Below are positions 19,806 through 34,800 of a stretch of DNA of 64,000 bases, in pieces. The stretch comes from Yuukianura sp. NJ FZ-2021 (lineage: Eukaryota), in the NCBI GenBank assembly GCA_046563655.1, contig CM102283.1, positions 3,968,001 to 4,032,000 on the forward strand, given 5' to 3'. Each line of letters starts with the position of its first letter. The first letter of the stretch is position 1. The notes under the pieces were generated by a model. The model was given only the letters and a program-made list of their open reading frames with translations. It did not search any database and was not told where the DNA came from. The position numbers and the translations under genes were made by a program.

Positions 19806-22800
19806 ATTTTGGAAGACAAGATTTCATTCTCAAAGTGTTTTGAGCTGAACCGAGGCGTTGAAAAGTACTTTTTATCAAAACAATTTATCGTAGTTCTTTT
19901 TTTAAATGTTCTGTTTTGATTCGAATCTTGTTCATTCTTCTTTCAGAATTTCTCACTCCTTTCTTGCATTTCTCTTCCTGTTTTCCTCTAAAATGTGGAG
20001 TTGTGTATAATTTTGATTTCGGTTGAAAGGGAAATAAATATTTCTGTAAGTTGAAGTATAAATTAATGATTTGTTGCCAAGTCAAACAAATCGTTTCCAC
20101 ACCCTGTGGATGGACTTTTGTCGGCTTCCTTTGTAATTTGGAGTGGTTTGTAGTAATTACTACTCCTCACACTTCCAATTACCAGCGTACCAACACACAA
20201 AATTACTAACAATTTTTTTCACGCTCAAATTTTAGTCTTCAAAAAAACCGGTTGGGGAAATGGACAGAGAAATGGAAGAAGAGTCGGAAAACAAATGGAC
20301 TTATAAAAGACATCAACCGGTCATTGTCATTTTAACAACTTTTCAAAAAAAGTACTTCTCAACACTTTTCAAAAACATTTTTCAAAAAACATCAACTCCA
20401 ATTGTGAAAAACATGTCATACGTTTTGTTCTGTAAGAAATATTTCACAGCCAAAATGACACTTTTCTCTTTCAAAAATTCAAACCAACAAAAACTCGTTT
20501 TCTACAATTTATTACAAAAACTCATTCCTACTTTTCATGCTCTTTCGGTTTCTTTAGGTTGAAAATTTGAAAACTTTTTGAAAATTTGAAAGTGAAGCGT
20601 GTATTTGGGCTGTGTCTTTTGGTTTTGTGTGTTTTTGATTGGAGCTGTGTTTACACAAGGAAAACCAATAGAAGGGGGCAGATGCTCCACCGGAACCCAT
20701 TGTCTCCTCCCTCTGCTTTCTTTAAAAAAAACACACTTTTCAAAATTTGTGTGCGTGTGAAAGAGTTCTTGAAAAAATGAAGAGCCTTCCATCTGTACAA
20801 CTGCCACTGCAAGTGTTAAAACTTTAATTAATTTGGCACGCAATAATTTTTAGTTGCAGAAATGGACAGGCTGTAAATTAATTAAACACTTTTCACACCT
20901 CAACTCACAGTGACTGTGATGCCTCAATTCCAAAGAAAAAATAACAAGCGGCGTCCAACTCTTCACCAAAAGTTGTCATCATAAACACTTCCTTTTAATT
21001 TTACTTTATTAGTCAAACGTTAGGAAAACTTTGTTGCTTTTCCAAAGTGTCAAAAACCTTTTCGAGCCTTTGAAATTCTCAGAGATTTGTTGATTGTAAA
21101 GTCTTTTAGTTTTTATGATTATTGCACCATATTTTTCAAAATATTTTTTAAAATTCAACCGTACTGTTATGTTGAATGGGTAAAAATGTAAGGTGCGATA
21201 AGGCTTAATTGGGATCAAGTGGAGGATAAGTGGGCCCTTCACGCCCTTCTACACTAAATCCACCGGATGTCCATCCACAAACACCATCATATTATTATAA
21301 TAAACAAAATGTATCAAATATATTATTCATATTTTTATACGTTTCAACTTCCTTCTCCATTTTTACATCAAGCGTCGTCGATTCGTAACAAATTTTAGCA
21401 CTTTAAAAAGTCCGCCAAAGAGATCAAAGTTTCCGTCGTGATTTGGAATTCTATTAAAAATGGATGAAATGAAAATGAAAAAGTTGAAATTGAATAACAG
21501 TTTGCACTTGCCTTGTGCTCTTCGCCTGACTCGCATAATTTCCTGCAATTAATTGTTTGTTTCAATCACTTTTTGTGGTCCTCCACTGAAGGCGGCCTTG
21601 TAGAAAGAGAAGAATTGAATTGTTTTGGCGCATGTGGAGTGAAGGTGTGAATCAATCACTCAATACTTCCATAATTACAAAGTGATGAATAATTAACAAC
21701 CACTCTATGCATACCAAATAATTGCAAAACACTCCACTCTCAACAGGACTACAACCCTCTAATTTTAAAATCCAACTTGGAAATTGAAATTTCACAAACA
21801 TACTTTCACTTAATTTCCACCAACTCCTTTTAATCAATTGAGGATGAGAGTGATGACATGCTAAGGAGAGGTCAACTGAGATTGGAGTCATGACTGACCT
21901 ACTGCAAATCCACAACTCTTTAATTAACGCCTAATTCCCACTTAATCTCCCTCTGCTCTACCAATTTCCAATCCATTTCAATTATGATCTTCTTATCTCA
22001 TTGCATAATCCACTCTAGAAACATCTTCCTTTTCCCAAAAAGTTAACATCTTCCTAACGACTCAACAATTTCCACATGTAATGATCAATCATCGATCCAA
22101 ATCACATTTACAACACCTTCTCAACCACATAATTACAACTTTCACACTCAACTTAACTGCCACACAACAGTTTTGCTCTAAAAAATTACAACTTCATCAA
22201 AACTATGCATCGCTCTCAATTCCTATTTGGCAATGAAATTGAAATTATTAAAAACTAATTCAAAATTCAACACGAAAGTTGAATGTTTCCAGACAAGAAA
22301 GAGCCAAAAGCCAGACCTATAAGATCCTCAACTTTCTTAGAATTTTTTTTTCGGAAAAAAAAATTCCGGCGTGCAAATTGAACAAAAGAAATGATGGAAG
22401 GTGATGCGTCAAGAGAAACGAAAACCAGAACGACGATAATTTTTTTTCCATTTTGGCCTGCTACCTCTGAGATGATTGTTTTTGAGAATAGTGAATGAGA
22501 CTAGTTTTTGTGTTAATTATACGTTGGAAGTTGGAAAAGGTGCGGAATGTGGGAGGATGTTTAGAAAAGAGCCAGTTCTGTGGTGATCTTGTGAATTCCT
22601 AAATAAATACAGATCGGAGTGACCTCAAGGTACCCTTGGCCAAGGGTCCTGGTGGTCCCTGGATGCTGCACAGACGTGATCTGAGGTGTGAGACTTAAGT
22701 CCACTCATTACTTTTTGAGTTGGTGTGCACAACAGGTGTGAAAGCGGCACTTTCTGCCCTTTAATCAACACCTCTCCAAAGCAACAAACAACATTCCAAG

Positions 22801-25800
22801 GAAGCAACTCAGGAAAAACAGCGGGAGCATTCAAACGAAAACAACAAAAGTTGGAGTTGGAGATCAAAGATTTATGATTCAGAGAATCGAGGGAGAGGGC
22901 CCTTGAGGATCCACACAATCTAGAGGGCCCTTAATAAGAGATGACCAAGGGCTTTTCCACTCCGGCCACAAACCATTTTGCGCCCATTTCAAAAACGAAC
23001 AAAACTTTTTGGCTTTGGCGGTTTCTGAATTTTGGTAACAATTTATCATTGACCTGCTCCACTCGAAACATTCTTTTTGAAAGAATTTGGAAAAGTGAGA
23101 GGGAGGAGTTGCGGCCTCTTAAGAGTTCAATGGCGTCGGGTCACAATTTACTTTGGAAATCTCGCGGGCTTTTTCCTGGATCAGAACAAACCTATCATTA
23201 CACTTTTACCTTTCGTCGGAAACCATCCAAAGGAAACACATTTCTCACCTTACGCTTTCATTAACATTTCTAAACAAGCGAACAACAGAAATTACTTGGA
23301 CTTTGCAAAAATATCTAAACTTCCGAGTACTTTTTAACGATTCTATCCAAACAGAAGCTTTTGAAAATTCTCGCAAAATGCTCACTATGATGTCTGACTT
23401 GAAACTGATCCCGAGAAATGTCGCAAATTAATTGGTTTTAAGATATATTTTTTAAACGGCGTACCGGTAATTCGCCTAGAGGTATTTGAGCGGTACGATG
23501 AAGGAGGTATTGGTTTCCATTACGGTGTTAATGGAACTTCAAAGGAACAAAATGAGTTCTTCGCTCGTGTGTGCTCTACTCAAAATTCAAAATTTCAAAC
23601 TTTACCGCCACGAGCATCAGACGATAGCACGTAAGGCTCCTTTGAACTCTCGCCGGCATTCCTCCTTTCTCATCAACTCTTAACCAAAAGCCCATTTGTT
23701 ACAAAACCGACAATGTTTTCCAAAATTAACGCTAGACGCACTTTCAAATTACCCCAGCACCGATTCTCCAAATTTATCTCCGATTCAGACACTGTTGATG
23801 AGCAGTTTGTGCTCATTCCCCACCAGGGGAACGAGCAGTGCGGGACTTTTCAAATTTCAAATTTTATGCCTCTCCTCTCCTCCCGCTGCTACAGCCCACC
23901 TTGGCGCTTCAACAATGAAATTCAGAAATAACAGAAGCCTCTGCAGTCACTCCTGCTCAAAAACTATTGGAAATGACAATAAATTATTTGACTACTTTTG
24001 TTCAGGGTTTCAAGGGTCCTGCGGTGGACGAAGCGGGAGATTTTTAAACGCAAAGGGACCCTCTGCAGAGTACAAGTATTTAAACCGAGGCACTTATAAC
24101 CAAAGTATTAAAAATGCAAAACCAAAAACTATTTACTCTTCACTTTTACCGTTTTGTTTGTAGTTGTGTAAGTGAAAAATACACAAAGAAATGCAGTAGC
24201 TCACACCTTCAAAATTCCAAGTGCTAACTTTTCATTCCAACAGACACCGGAGTATGGGAATAATGGTTGTGCGCAGTAGCAGAGTCAACAGTCATTGTCT
24301 TCCGTTTGTTCAAAAAATTTAAACTTTTACTTTCCAAATTTTAAATTCAAAAGTCCTTTCAGCTCTCAGCAAAAGTATTTTGTAGGATGCCGCCGTTTGT
24401 AATTTGAAAGGGGGCGTAACCAATGTTTATATAATTGTAAAATCTTTACAAAAAATTTATTTACAAGGAACGTACTTAGTAAAACCGAAATTGATCAACA
24501 GCTAAGCCAGACTTTATCGAAGAAATTGATCAGACGCATTTACATAACACGTTTTTGAGAAAACGTTTTGAAAAACTGACTTTGGGTCAAAGTCAATTCG
24601 TAGCAGTTTGAAAAGATGTTTTACTATAGTGTGTGTTTTGTAATTTTGAAAAGGAAGGCGTTAAGCAGAGTTAACGAGGACAGAGAGTAAGATAAGTGGG
24701 GGATTTGTGTTATTTTCTGTTGTTGGAGGATCCTTTGAAGAATCACAATTCCAAAAACTGAAATTTGGAAAAAGGCATAATTCAGAGTATTGTTGTCACT
24801 TTTGTATTGTTAAGAAGTGAGAATGTGGAAGGTAAGTGGAGAATGTAAACATGGATTTCCCTGGAAAAAGCGCCAAAGGATTTCCAGACTCTAAAGTCTC
24901 CCCCGCCTTTCTTTTCACTTGTCAACTTTTGACCTGGGCAGGGGTGAATTTCTAGGAATTGAAAAGTAAGATTTTGATTTGAGAATTTGTGAATTGGTTT
25001 GTGTAGGAGAGTGATGTTTTTAAGTTTGTTTGAGAGTGTGATATTGTATTAGCATATTAATGGATTAAGGAGGTGTGAGCTTAGGTGTTTGGTTGAGGGG
25101 ATTAGAGAGGGCCCTTAAGGGTCCCTTAAGATGAGCAGCGCCTTGGAGTCTCAGGTGTTTGGCTGGAGGGCAAAGGGAGGCTGGGGGACTGGAATTTCTA
25201 TTCTGTTCAAATCCATTCTTGTCTGAATCCATCTTAACCTACAGGGTTCACCCGCCTAACTCAAACATTTTACACTTCAAATTTAACGAACAAGAAATCC
25301 AATTAACCCAACAAAACTTCACAAAAAAAAATTCAACGGTTGCAAAGTGGTAGACTCAACTACGTACAAAGTCAATCTAAAAGTAAATCATAATCAATGC
25401 AAGCGGAGCTTCCTATGGTGAAAAGTTGACCATGACCTTTGACCTAGACACAATTGGAGTTATTTGGATTTTTATCAAAAGGCAGTAAGTTCCTAGGCAC
25501 GCAAGGAGAGACAGACGGACAGACAGACACTTGAATTCCACTAAGTATTCACTATTTAGCCATTAAGGCCCTTACTGTAAACAATGTGTTTGGATAAAGA
25601 GGATTTATGGGAAGAGCCCTTAAGTCCTCCTCTTGCACCAGTTGGTAAGGCACTTCAATTACAACAAACACCTTTGTTTCAAAATCTAAATTCAGCCTTT
25701 TTTAAATTTAAAGTCAGTCTTCTTAAAAAAAACTTTTGAGTGACCTCGAAGTGACCCCCCAGTGACCAAGGACAATCGGTTGGATTTCCGTGCGTGACAT

Positions 25801-28800
25801 TGTGGTTTTCCACCAAATCCCAAATAGAAATGTGACAGGAGCTTAGTGTCACGCTCTCAATTGGAACCTATGTCATCCCCCTGATTGATTGTTCCCAACA
25901 TGATCTCTTCAAAATTAACAAATCTTGTACTTTACCTTACTTTTGGAATAAAAGAGAATAAGATTGAAATCGTGCCATGCCTATCCGCCTACTTCTGTCC
26001 AAATGAATTCATGTTTCATAGGATTTTGACAGTTGAACTAAATATTATCATAGGAGATTTATGTGTTCGATTAGGAGAGTGTGTCAAGGGAAGATTCATT
26101 TCAAAGGAGGCGGGAAAGCACGGGAGCATGAAAATAGCATTTCACAAACCCTTTCCCCGCTTTCTCCTTTCTCTTTTGAATTTCTTCTCCCGAGAGACAC
26201 AAAAGTAGGAGTGACACCCAACATTCGTCATGACTTTTCTAAAAAGAGCATTTCAAACATACTCTTTTCAAATTGTAAAAAGAGCACAATTAGAACAGAA
26301 CTGGAGAAGAAGAGTGGAATTAATTCCGATTCTTCACGCAAAATAACTCAAATGTTAGTCCGGTTTTTTGTGGAAATAGATTTGATTCCTGGAAAAATAT
26401 GAGTCTGTTTCCATTGTCTTTTTACTTTCAAAAGTTCAGATGAGCGTGAAATTAAGGTTTGATTCTTTTCAAGAATTCTCTCTTTGGAAAATATGATTCA
26501 TTTCATGTTCAAACTTTTCAAAACGGAATTGTGCCGCCTCTGAGTCTCTCAAACATGCTTTTTTAAATTTTAAATTGGAAATTTCAAACATGAACCCCAG
26601 ACAGCGTGGACCCTTCAACTTATTTCATATTGCTTCAGCGTTCCTTAAGGGCTCTAACCCCCTCTCAACAATACTTCCATTGTTATTCTAAAAAACACGA
26701 TTTTGTCCAAAAGGAACAGCTTTAAGTTAAAAGATTTTAAAAAAGAACTTTTTTTTAAAAGTTGTGCAAGTGCAAATATTTTTTTTACACTTTGTCTTAA
26801 ATCGTGCACCTTCATGGGAAGCTTAAATTTGGCTTTGGTCATTGACTTTTGTCGTTCAAAGACCAAATGATTAGTCGTGGAAACAGAAATTAATTGATTT
26901 GAACAGTTTGTGTATCGTGTGAGACACAAAGTGCTAAGCATTTTTGTCACTTGACTTACTATTTACTAGACGAAACAACTCCATTGTGGTTTCAACATTT
27001 TAAAAAGAAAAACCCCAATTTTCACATCATCTCAATCGAGAACAAAAAAGTACGAAAAGCAAATGGAATTCTTTTGTGAATGCCAAAGTTAAAAACCTTG
27101 TCTTGACTTTAACCGACGAAGAAGTACAACAAATCTTTGCACTTGCCACTTCTTTGTCCTTAGAAAAATGTTGTCACTTTTGTATTTTGTGGCTTTTGAG
27201 GTTTTGAGCTTCATGGTTTTAGTTTATTCAGTGAAGGACGAAATGAAGTGGAGTGAACAGAAAATGCGTGTTTCTGTGCATACCAAATTCAAATTTAGCT
27301 TTGGTTTTGAGTTGAGAATGTCAAAAACAGAGGCTTTTTGATCCCTCTTTCCGAAAACAATGAAAAATTGAAGGGAAAGAGTGCTGAGGAACAATATTTA
27401 CGTTAAATTTTCATTCACGCCATTCAACTATTTTTGAGAAGAAAAGGAGGAGAGTGAAAAAGCATGCTTAGGAGTTGGATTAAATAGGTCCATTATAATT
27501 AATATATTCACATTTTGAAGCGTGAAAAAGTTTAAACAAAACGAAAACGGCTCCATTTTTTAAATTCACACAATTTGAGTGCACGAAACAGGAAGTTACG
27601 CCTCAAGCAAACACTGCTGAAGTGTGAGAAAAAATTTACTTTCATGTTGCACAAAAATTAAAAAGGGATTGTAGCCACATGAAAATTTTGAAAATGCATT
27701 TCCAAATACTAACGAAGAGACTTAAAAAAAGTTTATTCAAAGAACAAGTCTCCAGCAACTTAAAATTTTTGAAAAGTGGTGCGGGGTCCATGATGGAGTA
27801 GGCGTAAAATTGGACGTTGAGCACCATTTTGAGCGGCGCGTGAAACCGTGGAATTTGAAATTTAGAAAAGCGGCGGTTCAGCAGCGGTTTGTCTAATGAC
27901 ATGAGCGTTTTAATAGGATTTTAATTTGATGTGAAGTGCATTTGAGTCAAGTGGGAATCCGGGGATCGAATCCCAGTCGATCCTTACTTTCTGCTTGCGT
28001 GTTATGCACTTTATTGAAGGGATTTGTTTTGATTGTGAAAATATGTTAGAGTCAATCCATTCGAGTTCACCCATGCATCATCCCTTTGTGTTCGCATTTA
28101 GATTTTGTGCATTTTTTCAGGCAGAAGGATCGAATCCCCGGATCCCCAACAATAAAAAAAAAGAAGGAGAGTGACTGCGGTTCCCTTTATTGCGAGATCA
28201 TCCACTGCACCAGAGATCATCTTATTAAAAGGGGATCATCATGTTCACGCCTAACACACAACTTTTAAAAATATTAAATTATACTTTATGTTTTCATGTA
28301 TTCCAGAACGTTACAAAAATAAAATGTTAAATATTTTCCGAGAAATAGGGTAACTGAAGATAAATTTGAGAGACAAAAAAAAGCAAAGTGAAAATTTTTT
28401 TAAAGTTGAATGGCGGTTATGATTGTAAATCATAAAACAAGCAACAAAAAACTTTCCTTGTACTTGGAGTAAGTTTTTTAGTTTGCTGTTTTGAAACAGT
28501 TTTGTGATTGAAAATGACATTTACGTCTAAACGCATGGGCCTAATTTATTTTTGGAAAGAGGACAAAAGAACAGAAACTACTCCTGCTTTGCTTCCAAAG
28601 TCATCACAGAAGGTGCAGTTAGTTGAATATTTTCATTTTGAAAAAGTTGAAGCCATTTAGAAGAAATATGGATTTCCTCAGTCGTTTTTTGACTTTTGGA
28701 ATTTGGATCTTGACTTAAATTGACTGGAAAGAATAAAAGCGTAGAGCGGGTTCTTTAATGCTGTGCAATTCTCTTTCAAATAAAAACTCTCGTACACTTC

Positions 28801-31800
28801 AAGTGGTTTTTCAAGTGTCATAATTTCTCAAACAGTTGAACATTTGTGTTCAGCCAAAAGAAATAACAGTAAATGACAAAAGTTAAAGTGCCACTGTTTA
28901 TAAAAAGTTTTTGAGAACCTTTTCAAAAAGAGTTTGGACCAAAATATTAAAATTTGGACGGAGAGTGATTGAAACTGTAATTTTGGATTTCCAAAGGTGT
29001 TAAATTCCTAATGTGACACTTGAGCAGTAAGTGTTTATTCTTCATTGGTCATCGTCTTAACTTTCATTTTCAAAGTGTTTTGAAAAGGATTTGTTCCTTT
29101 TGAAAAAGTTGGCTGTCACCAAGCATGTTACACCTTTGGACCATTCTTCACAAATTTTCTACGCTTCCGACTTTGGACAAAACGAATCCGGGCTTTTTCA
29201 CAAGTCCAAAAGTCACTTTTCATTTGTTTGAAAAGAACACAAGCTCTTGTTCCATTTTCAAATTTTGAAAAGCTGCCGCTCTCAAGGTAGTGCATTGTCC
29301 AAAGTCATTTGTAAATTTTTATGAACCCTGCCCACCAATCAAAAGGAAAGAAAAGTTTAGCGGACTTTGAGGCCCTTAGGAGTGTCAGTTGCAAAAGACG
29401 CCGCTTTACAAGTCTGTTGAAAGGGACACTTTGATTCCTCCAAGGGCCCTATTCTGTTTGTGTGCTTAAGGACACGTCTCTTCTCCAAAAAGTCCCTCAA
29501 GGGATTGTTTTCAAAAGTCATTTGTAGCTTTTTCATTTTTATTTACTTTGAGAAGGGCCCTTCACTTTAAAACTTTTCCGCCATTCTGAACTTTTGAGTG
29601 GGATTTGGGCAGAGGGCCCTTAAGGCCCCTTGAACATGGAACCCATTGTGACTGGATCCTTTGGATTCAGTCACATCGAGTGCTGTCAAGTGCCGAAGGT
29701 AACAATGGACACCTAAATAAGTCCACAATGGACGGATGGACAGCAGTTTCAAAATTAGTGGGAGTCATTTCAAGACTTTTTAGTAACGAATGCACTACAT
29801 CAGATCATAATCGCTGAATTTTTAATGAAATAAAACCGTTCTTTCAGAAAAATACTTGGACATCGGCCAAAAAAAAATTGAAGTGCGGCTGCTATCAAAG
29901 AAAAGAGAAAAGTATTTAAATCTGTCTGGAGGTCAGCTTTCAAAAGTTGAAATTTTAATTTGAAAACGTATGGATATTTGAGCGTAAGCTCAATATTGAT
30001 TTGAAGAACGTGAGAAGTCGTGCTGAGAGTGAGTCAATGTTTGGTTCACAGCGAGGGTCAAACCCCTTAAAAAGCATCTGAGTGAATCCCCTAATTGAGT
30101 GACAAGAGAGGGGGCCCTTGACGCCTCGTGTGACACTTCAAAAAAACTTCAGCCACACAAAGTGTTAATCCTGCACTTAATCCTGTTTCCACAAACACTT
30201 CACTCCAATCAAACCCCTTCGGAAGAGTCTCATCAGTTGGAATTTGATTTCAATTTATCATGTTTCAAACGGAATTTGAGCTGTCAAACACTCCAACAGA
30301 ATCATCAAACAATATGGACACTCTGACGATGAGTGGCACACTCACTACAACGCCGCTTACCAAAACATTCACCTTTGACCTCACAAATTTTCAATGCCAT
30401 AACACATCCTACAGGAATTTCAAACACTCAAGTTTCACAAAAAAACAACAACAATATTCATTCAATCATATTTCCACCGTAAACTCAGAGCAAAAACTGT
30501 GGAACGGCGTAAAACTTAAATTTTCTTTTTTACTTCCCGACAAATATTGTTTTCAACAACATGCAAGACAGAAAGGATTTTGGCAAAAGTATTGCTGTTA
30601 AATTTTGAGCAATTTGCGAACCTAATTGCGGTGTGTTTTGGAGTAATAAAACTAATTTGAAAACTATTAATTTCAAGAGTTTTTGAAAAGTAACATGCGG
30701 GAGCTAGGAAGTTTTGAAGATATGGAGGTAGTTTCCTTGTGTTTCCTCATCTGTCAAATTCTATTAGGTAGTGGCGTTAATTTTTGGAAGGAAAACAGAG
30801 ATGACTTTGACACGCCTCCAAACATGCAACTTCATCTTCACAAAAGTCAACTTTTCCACTCAGAATTTACAACAATTTGAAGCTTCTGCCCTTGGACCTC
30901 AAGCCGGTTCGGCGGAAGTTTTGAACTTTAGAGTTGAATGGAAAGCAAATTGGAAGTGACGGACAGAGGTGAGCTGGAGGGGCTTTGGACATTCATGAAT
31001 TATGACTTTTCAAAATTACAATTTCCAAAAAACAAATTTTCATATTTACCCTTTTCAACTTTCCGGTTTTTCAAAAACTACCCCCTTAATTAAAACCACG
31101 CTTGCACTTTTCCATTTCGCATACGGAATTTTTTTGAAACTTGTTCTAAGGGAAAGCCAAAAACTTGGAAAATCTGAAAAAGCCTTTTGAAAAACCACAG
31201 GATGTAACTACCTTAAATAAGATTTTAGTTTTGGAAGCATAAAATGTGTCAAAACTGAGTTGCAAGTGCTGTTGACATTTGACCTCAATTTTCTTAAAAT
31301 TGCACCAGCCTCAAGCTATGTTGCGTCACTTTTCAGAACACAAGAAGAGAAAAACAGTTTCTCAGCTCTGTTTTTTCCAAGCCTACCCAAAGAAGTTTTT
31401 TTTTATAGTGGTAAGTTGTTTAACCACTACAGGAGAGGATTAGTGAGAAACTGAAATTATGAAATGTGAGAGTCATTAACACCTCGGCAGAAGAACAAAA
31501 GGAAATAAAAGGATTTTGAAATTCATGTTCCGTAGAGGTGTGAAGATCAATCCAAGTTCAATAACTTTTACAATCACTCCGCACAACATTCCAAAATCAT
31601 TGCACAGCTTAACATCCACACACCTCAAAACATTCGGATTCTCAAGTGCTTTAGAGTTTAAGGGAGGTCAGGAACACTTCCTTATTTATGCATTCGTAAC
31701 TCACTTTAATCGAAACTCATGAATTATCACACCTACTGATTGCTTTTCCAAATTTCCAACCAACTGAATTTTTCAATTCTAATTTTCGATTTGAATTTTG

Positions 31801-34800
31801 AGAAGAATAATGAATGGCGTTGGCGGAGAGAAGGATATCAATTAAATTTTAGCTACTAATTGATGGAATGTGAACAAAGGGAGAAGTGGCCATTGTTGGA
31901 GGGTGTCAAGAGACTAATTAAAAGGAGCTTCTTAATGAGAGTTACAGAGTGGGAGGCACACTTTGTCTTCATTATAACTCCATTAACACACAAAAACATT
32001 CAGGAATTGGGTTAGCCATAAATCACAACACACAAAAATAAAGTCACTCAATCATTCAACACTATGATCACAGAACCCATTACAATCTGCAACACTTGAC
32101 ACCAATTCAATGAATTCATCAACCAAAATTACGAATTTTCAGCCAAAAGATTCAAACTTTTGAATTTAGAGAGAAGAGAAACGCCTGGAGTAATTTTCAA
32201 ATTGGAAAATCAACAAAAACTTGCTCCAAAACAGTTTTGACATGAAATGTTTCAAGTGTGAAACTGTTCACACACCTCTTCAAAACTCACACTTTAACAT
32301 TCAATTTAAAAACTCACTTTTTTCTCTGCCTCTTCGGAAGCGCTCAAATTTAATTTAGTTTTAAATCCGAAAAAGGGCCCAGGAGCCCTTGATTGTTCAA
32401 GTTGAAATGATTAGATTGTTGTACGAGTGTCAAAAGTAGAATTTAATTGCATTTTAGTTGGACCTGACACTACGCCGGAAGAAAAAACAGAGTGTTGATG
32501 AGTTGTTTTTTCAAAAACTGTTTTTTAAAACATGGACAGAAGTAAAGTAATTATTTCCATTCCACACTTTGTGTGGTCTTCTACTTTTGTTGCCTTCAAA
32601 ATTACAAAAAGTGAAACTGCAACTTTCTTTCTTTCCGAGAAGAAACTCAAATTAATTTAAAATTGAAATTTTTGAATTTCCTATCTACGCCTAAAAGCCG
32701 CTCGCCTAAAACTATTTTTTACTCTCAAGCTTCGTAGTTTATGGGAACGGAGAAACTGCGTTTGAGTTTTTTCACTTTTAAATTTTTGAATGAAAATCAA
32801 TTTAGATTTTGAAACTTCACGCCCTTTACCTTTTTTCTTTGACTGGATCTAAATTGGTTTCTTGTAAACTTTATTGGTTCCTCTTTTTTTAACTTTAGGC
32901 GGTGAGCTTAGACTGCCTGGCTTCTTTCATAAATTTTCAAAAGCTCCTGAAATAAATTTGAAACAAAGTAAGAAGAATTTTCCAAAGTTCCTGTTTTTTG
33001 TTTCCAAAAACCTCTAACTCAAAGCCACCCGAAATTTTACAACCAGGAAACATTTCCTAAATTCCAAATTAGAATTTAAAATTGCAAAAAAACGAAAGAT
33101 TAATTTTTTCCAGAATGAAAAAAGTGAATTGTGGTTCGTGTTTGTGAACAATTGAATTACAAAGTGGTAAGCGTCTCGTGTTAGATTAAGAAAAAGACGA
33201 AGTTGTTGTTTAAAGTGTCCTTTGAGATGGCGTGAGAACTTGAAAGTACTTTTTCATAAAGTGAAGATGAAGATTGAGTAAATTGTGGTTGGAAAGGAGA
33301 AGTGGAAGTTAGTGTAAATAGGAGACGGCACCTATTGATTACAGACTCCACAATCCACGCAGTTTCCAAATTAATTTGGGAGCCAACTTTTTTTTTTTGA
33401 AAAGCAAAATACATTTAGTTTGTAAGGGCGTGAATTTTAAACTGAAATTGACTTTTTAGTTGTTTGTGAGAGAACTTTTTAAGAGTGAAGTTGAGAATTG
33501 AGTATGGGGAGATGTCAATCAGGGGAAGAGTGATGGTGGTTTGGACAGGGGTGATGTATTAATCGAGAGATGACCAAGGTGTGAAGCACCCTTAATTGAG
33601 TCTCCTTCCATTAATTAGTTCACTCTAAGTACCCATTGTCCTATTTCACCCTTTTGGGTGAAATAGTGGGCCCTTGAAGGCCCCCTTCCCTTGATCACTT
33701 GTTGTCAAGGAGCTAATTGGATTCATTATCCCTTCAAACCCAACCTACTAACTAACCAGCCACTTTCTATTTTCCAAGGTGTGAACCATGCTTAAGTATC
33801 CCTCCAAAATTAGGCTTCGTGCATAACAGCATCCCTCAATAACAAAAACCTTACAACAAATGATGACAAATGGAGCCGATCACAAAAAAACTGAATTTTC
33901 AAAAGTAAAAACTAGTGCAGTCCTGTTAATTTTGTCTAATTGGAAAATAAAGAGAACGAGAGTTGTTGGGAATGGAATGATTTGTGTTTGGAACAATTGA
34001 GAGAATGAAGAATTTAAATCAAAACTAAATTTGAAAGAGACACTTGAAAAGAACAAACGAAATGCCTAATTTATTCCGAGAGTAATTTGAATCCCTCCTG
34101 GAGAGGAAGGCCATTTACACAATCAAACTCACTTTCCGTCAATACTCCACAATTACTCTCATTGTTGTAACCTCCGTAACCATTGTAACCACTGTAACCA
34201 CCGTAACCATGTGCTCTACTGTGTGCCCTCCATTGGCCACAGTTCCACTCCAACTCAAATTCAACTCAATTCCTTTGGACCTATTTTGGGTAACCCTTGA
34301 TGTAGGTATAACTCAAATACATAATACAAGTGTAACCGTAACATTGTCACCCACTGAGAAAATGAAAGGAAATTTCAAAATTTTCAAAAAACGAAAAGAA
34401 AACAAAACAGAAAAAAGAACACTAAAAAGGAAGGGATGGATTAATTTCAACGCCACTTCAACACTCCTTTTTCATTTAATTGGAATTAGTTCATTTTACT
34501 TTTCATTTTTTCTACAAAACGAAAAGTAAAAACCGTGCCACTCTCAATGCCTTTTTCGTGATTCGCTCATTTATCTTTGAGACCCAAATTTTGAAATTGG
34601 AACACTTTCAAAATATTTCCAAATTCAGATAGTGGGTTTTAATGAAGAGAAATGACTTTTAAAAGTACAATTTTGAAATGCGCTGTTCAAATCCGGGTGG
34701 TACCCCCATTGTGGCACCTCTTCAAACTTGTTTTTTCAAAATTTCAAAAGGAGGGATTTTACTTAAACGCCGAGGCTTTTGAGCCATCTTTTCCTCAAAA

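Noticed and set aside
27960-28000. tRNA gene
   Set aside because: Only a T-loop-like 12-mer; no cloverleaf or A-box could be built.
34071-34253. GYGGYSGYNGYGGY ORF as a Gly/Tyr-rich cuticle protein exon
   Set aside because: Arises from five 9-bp repeats; no ATG start, signal peptide or convincing flanking exons.
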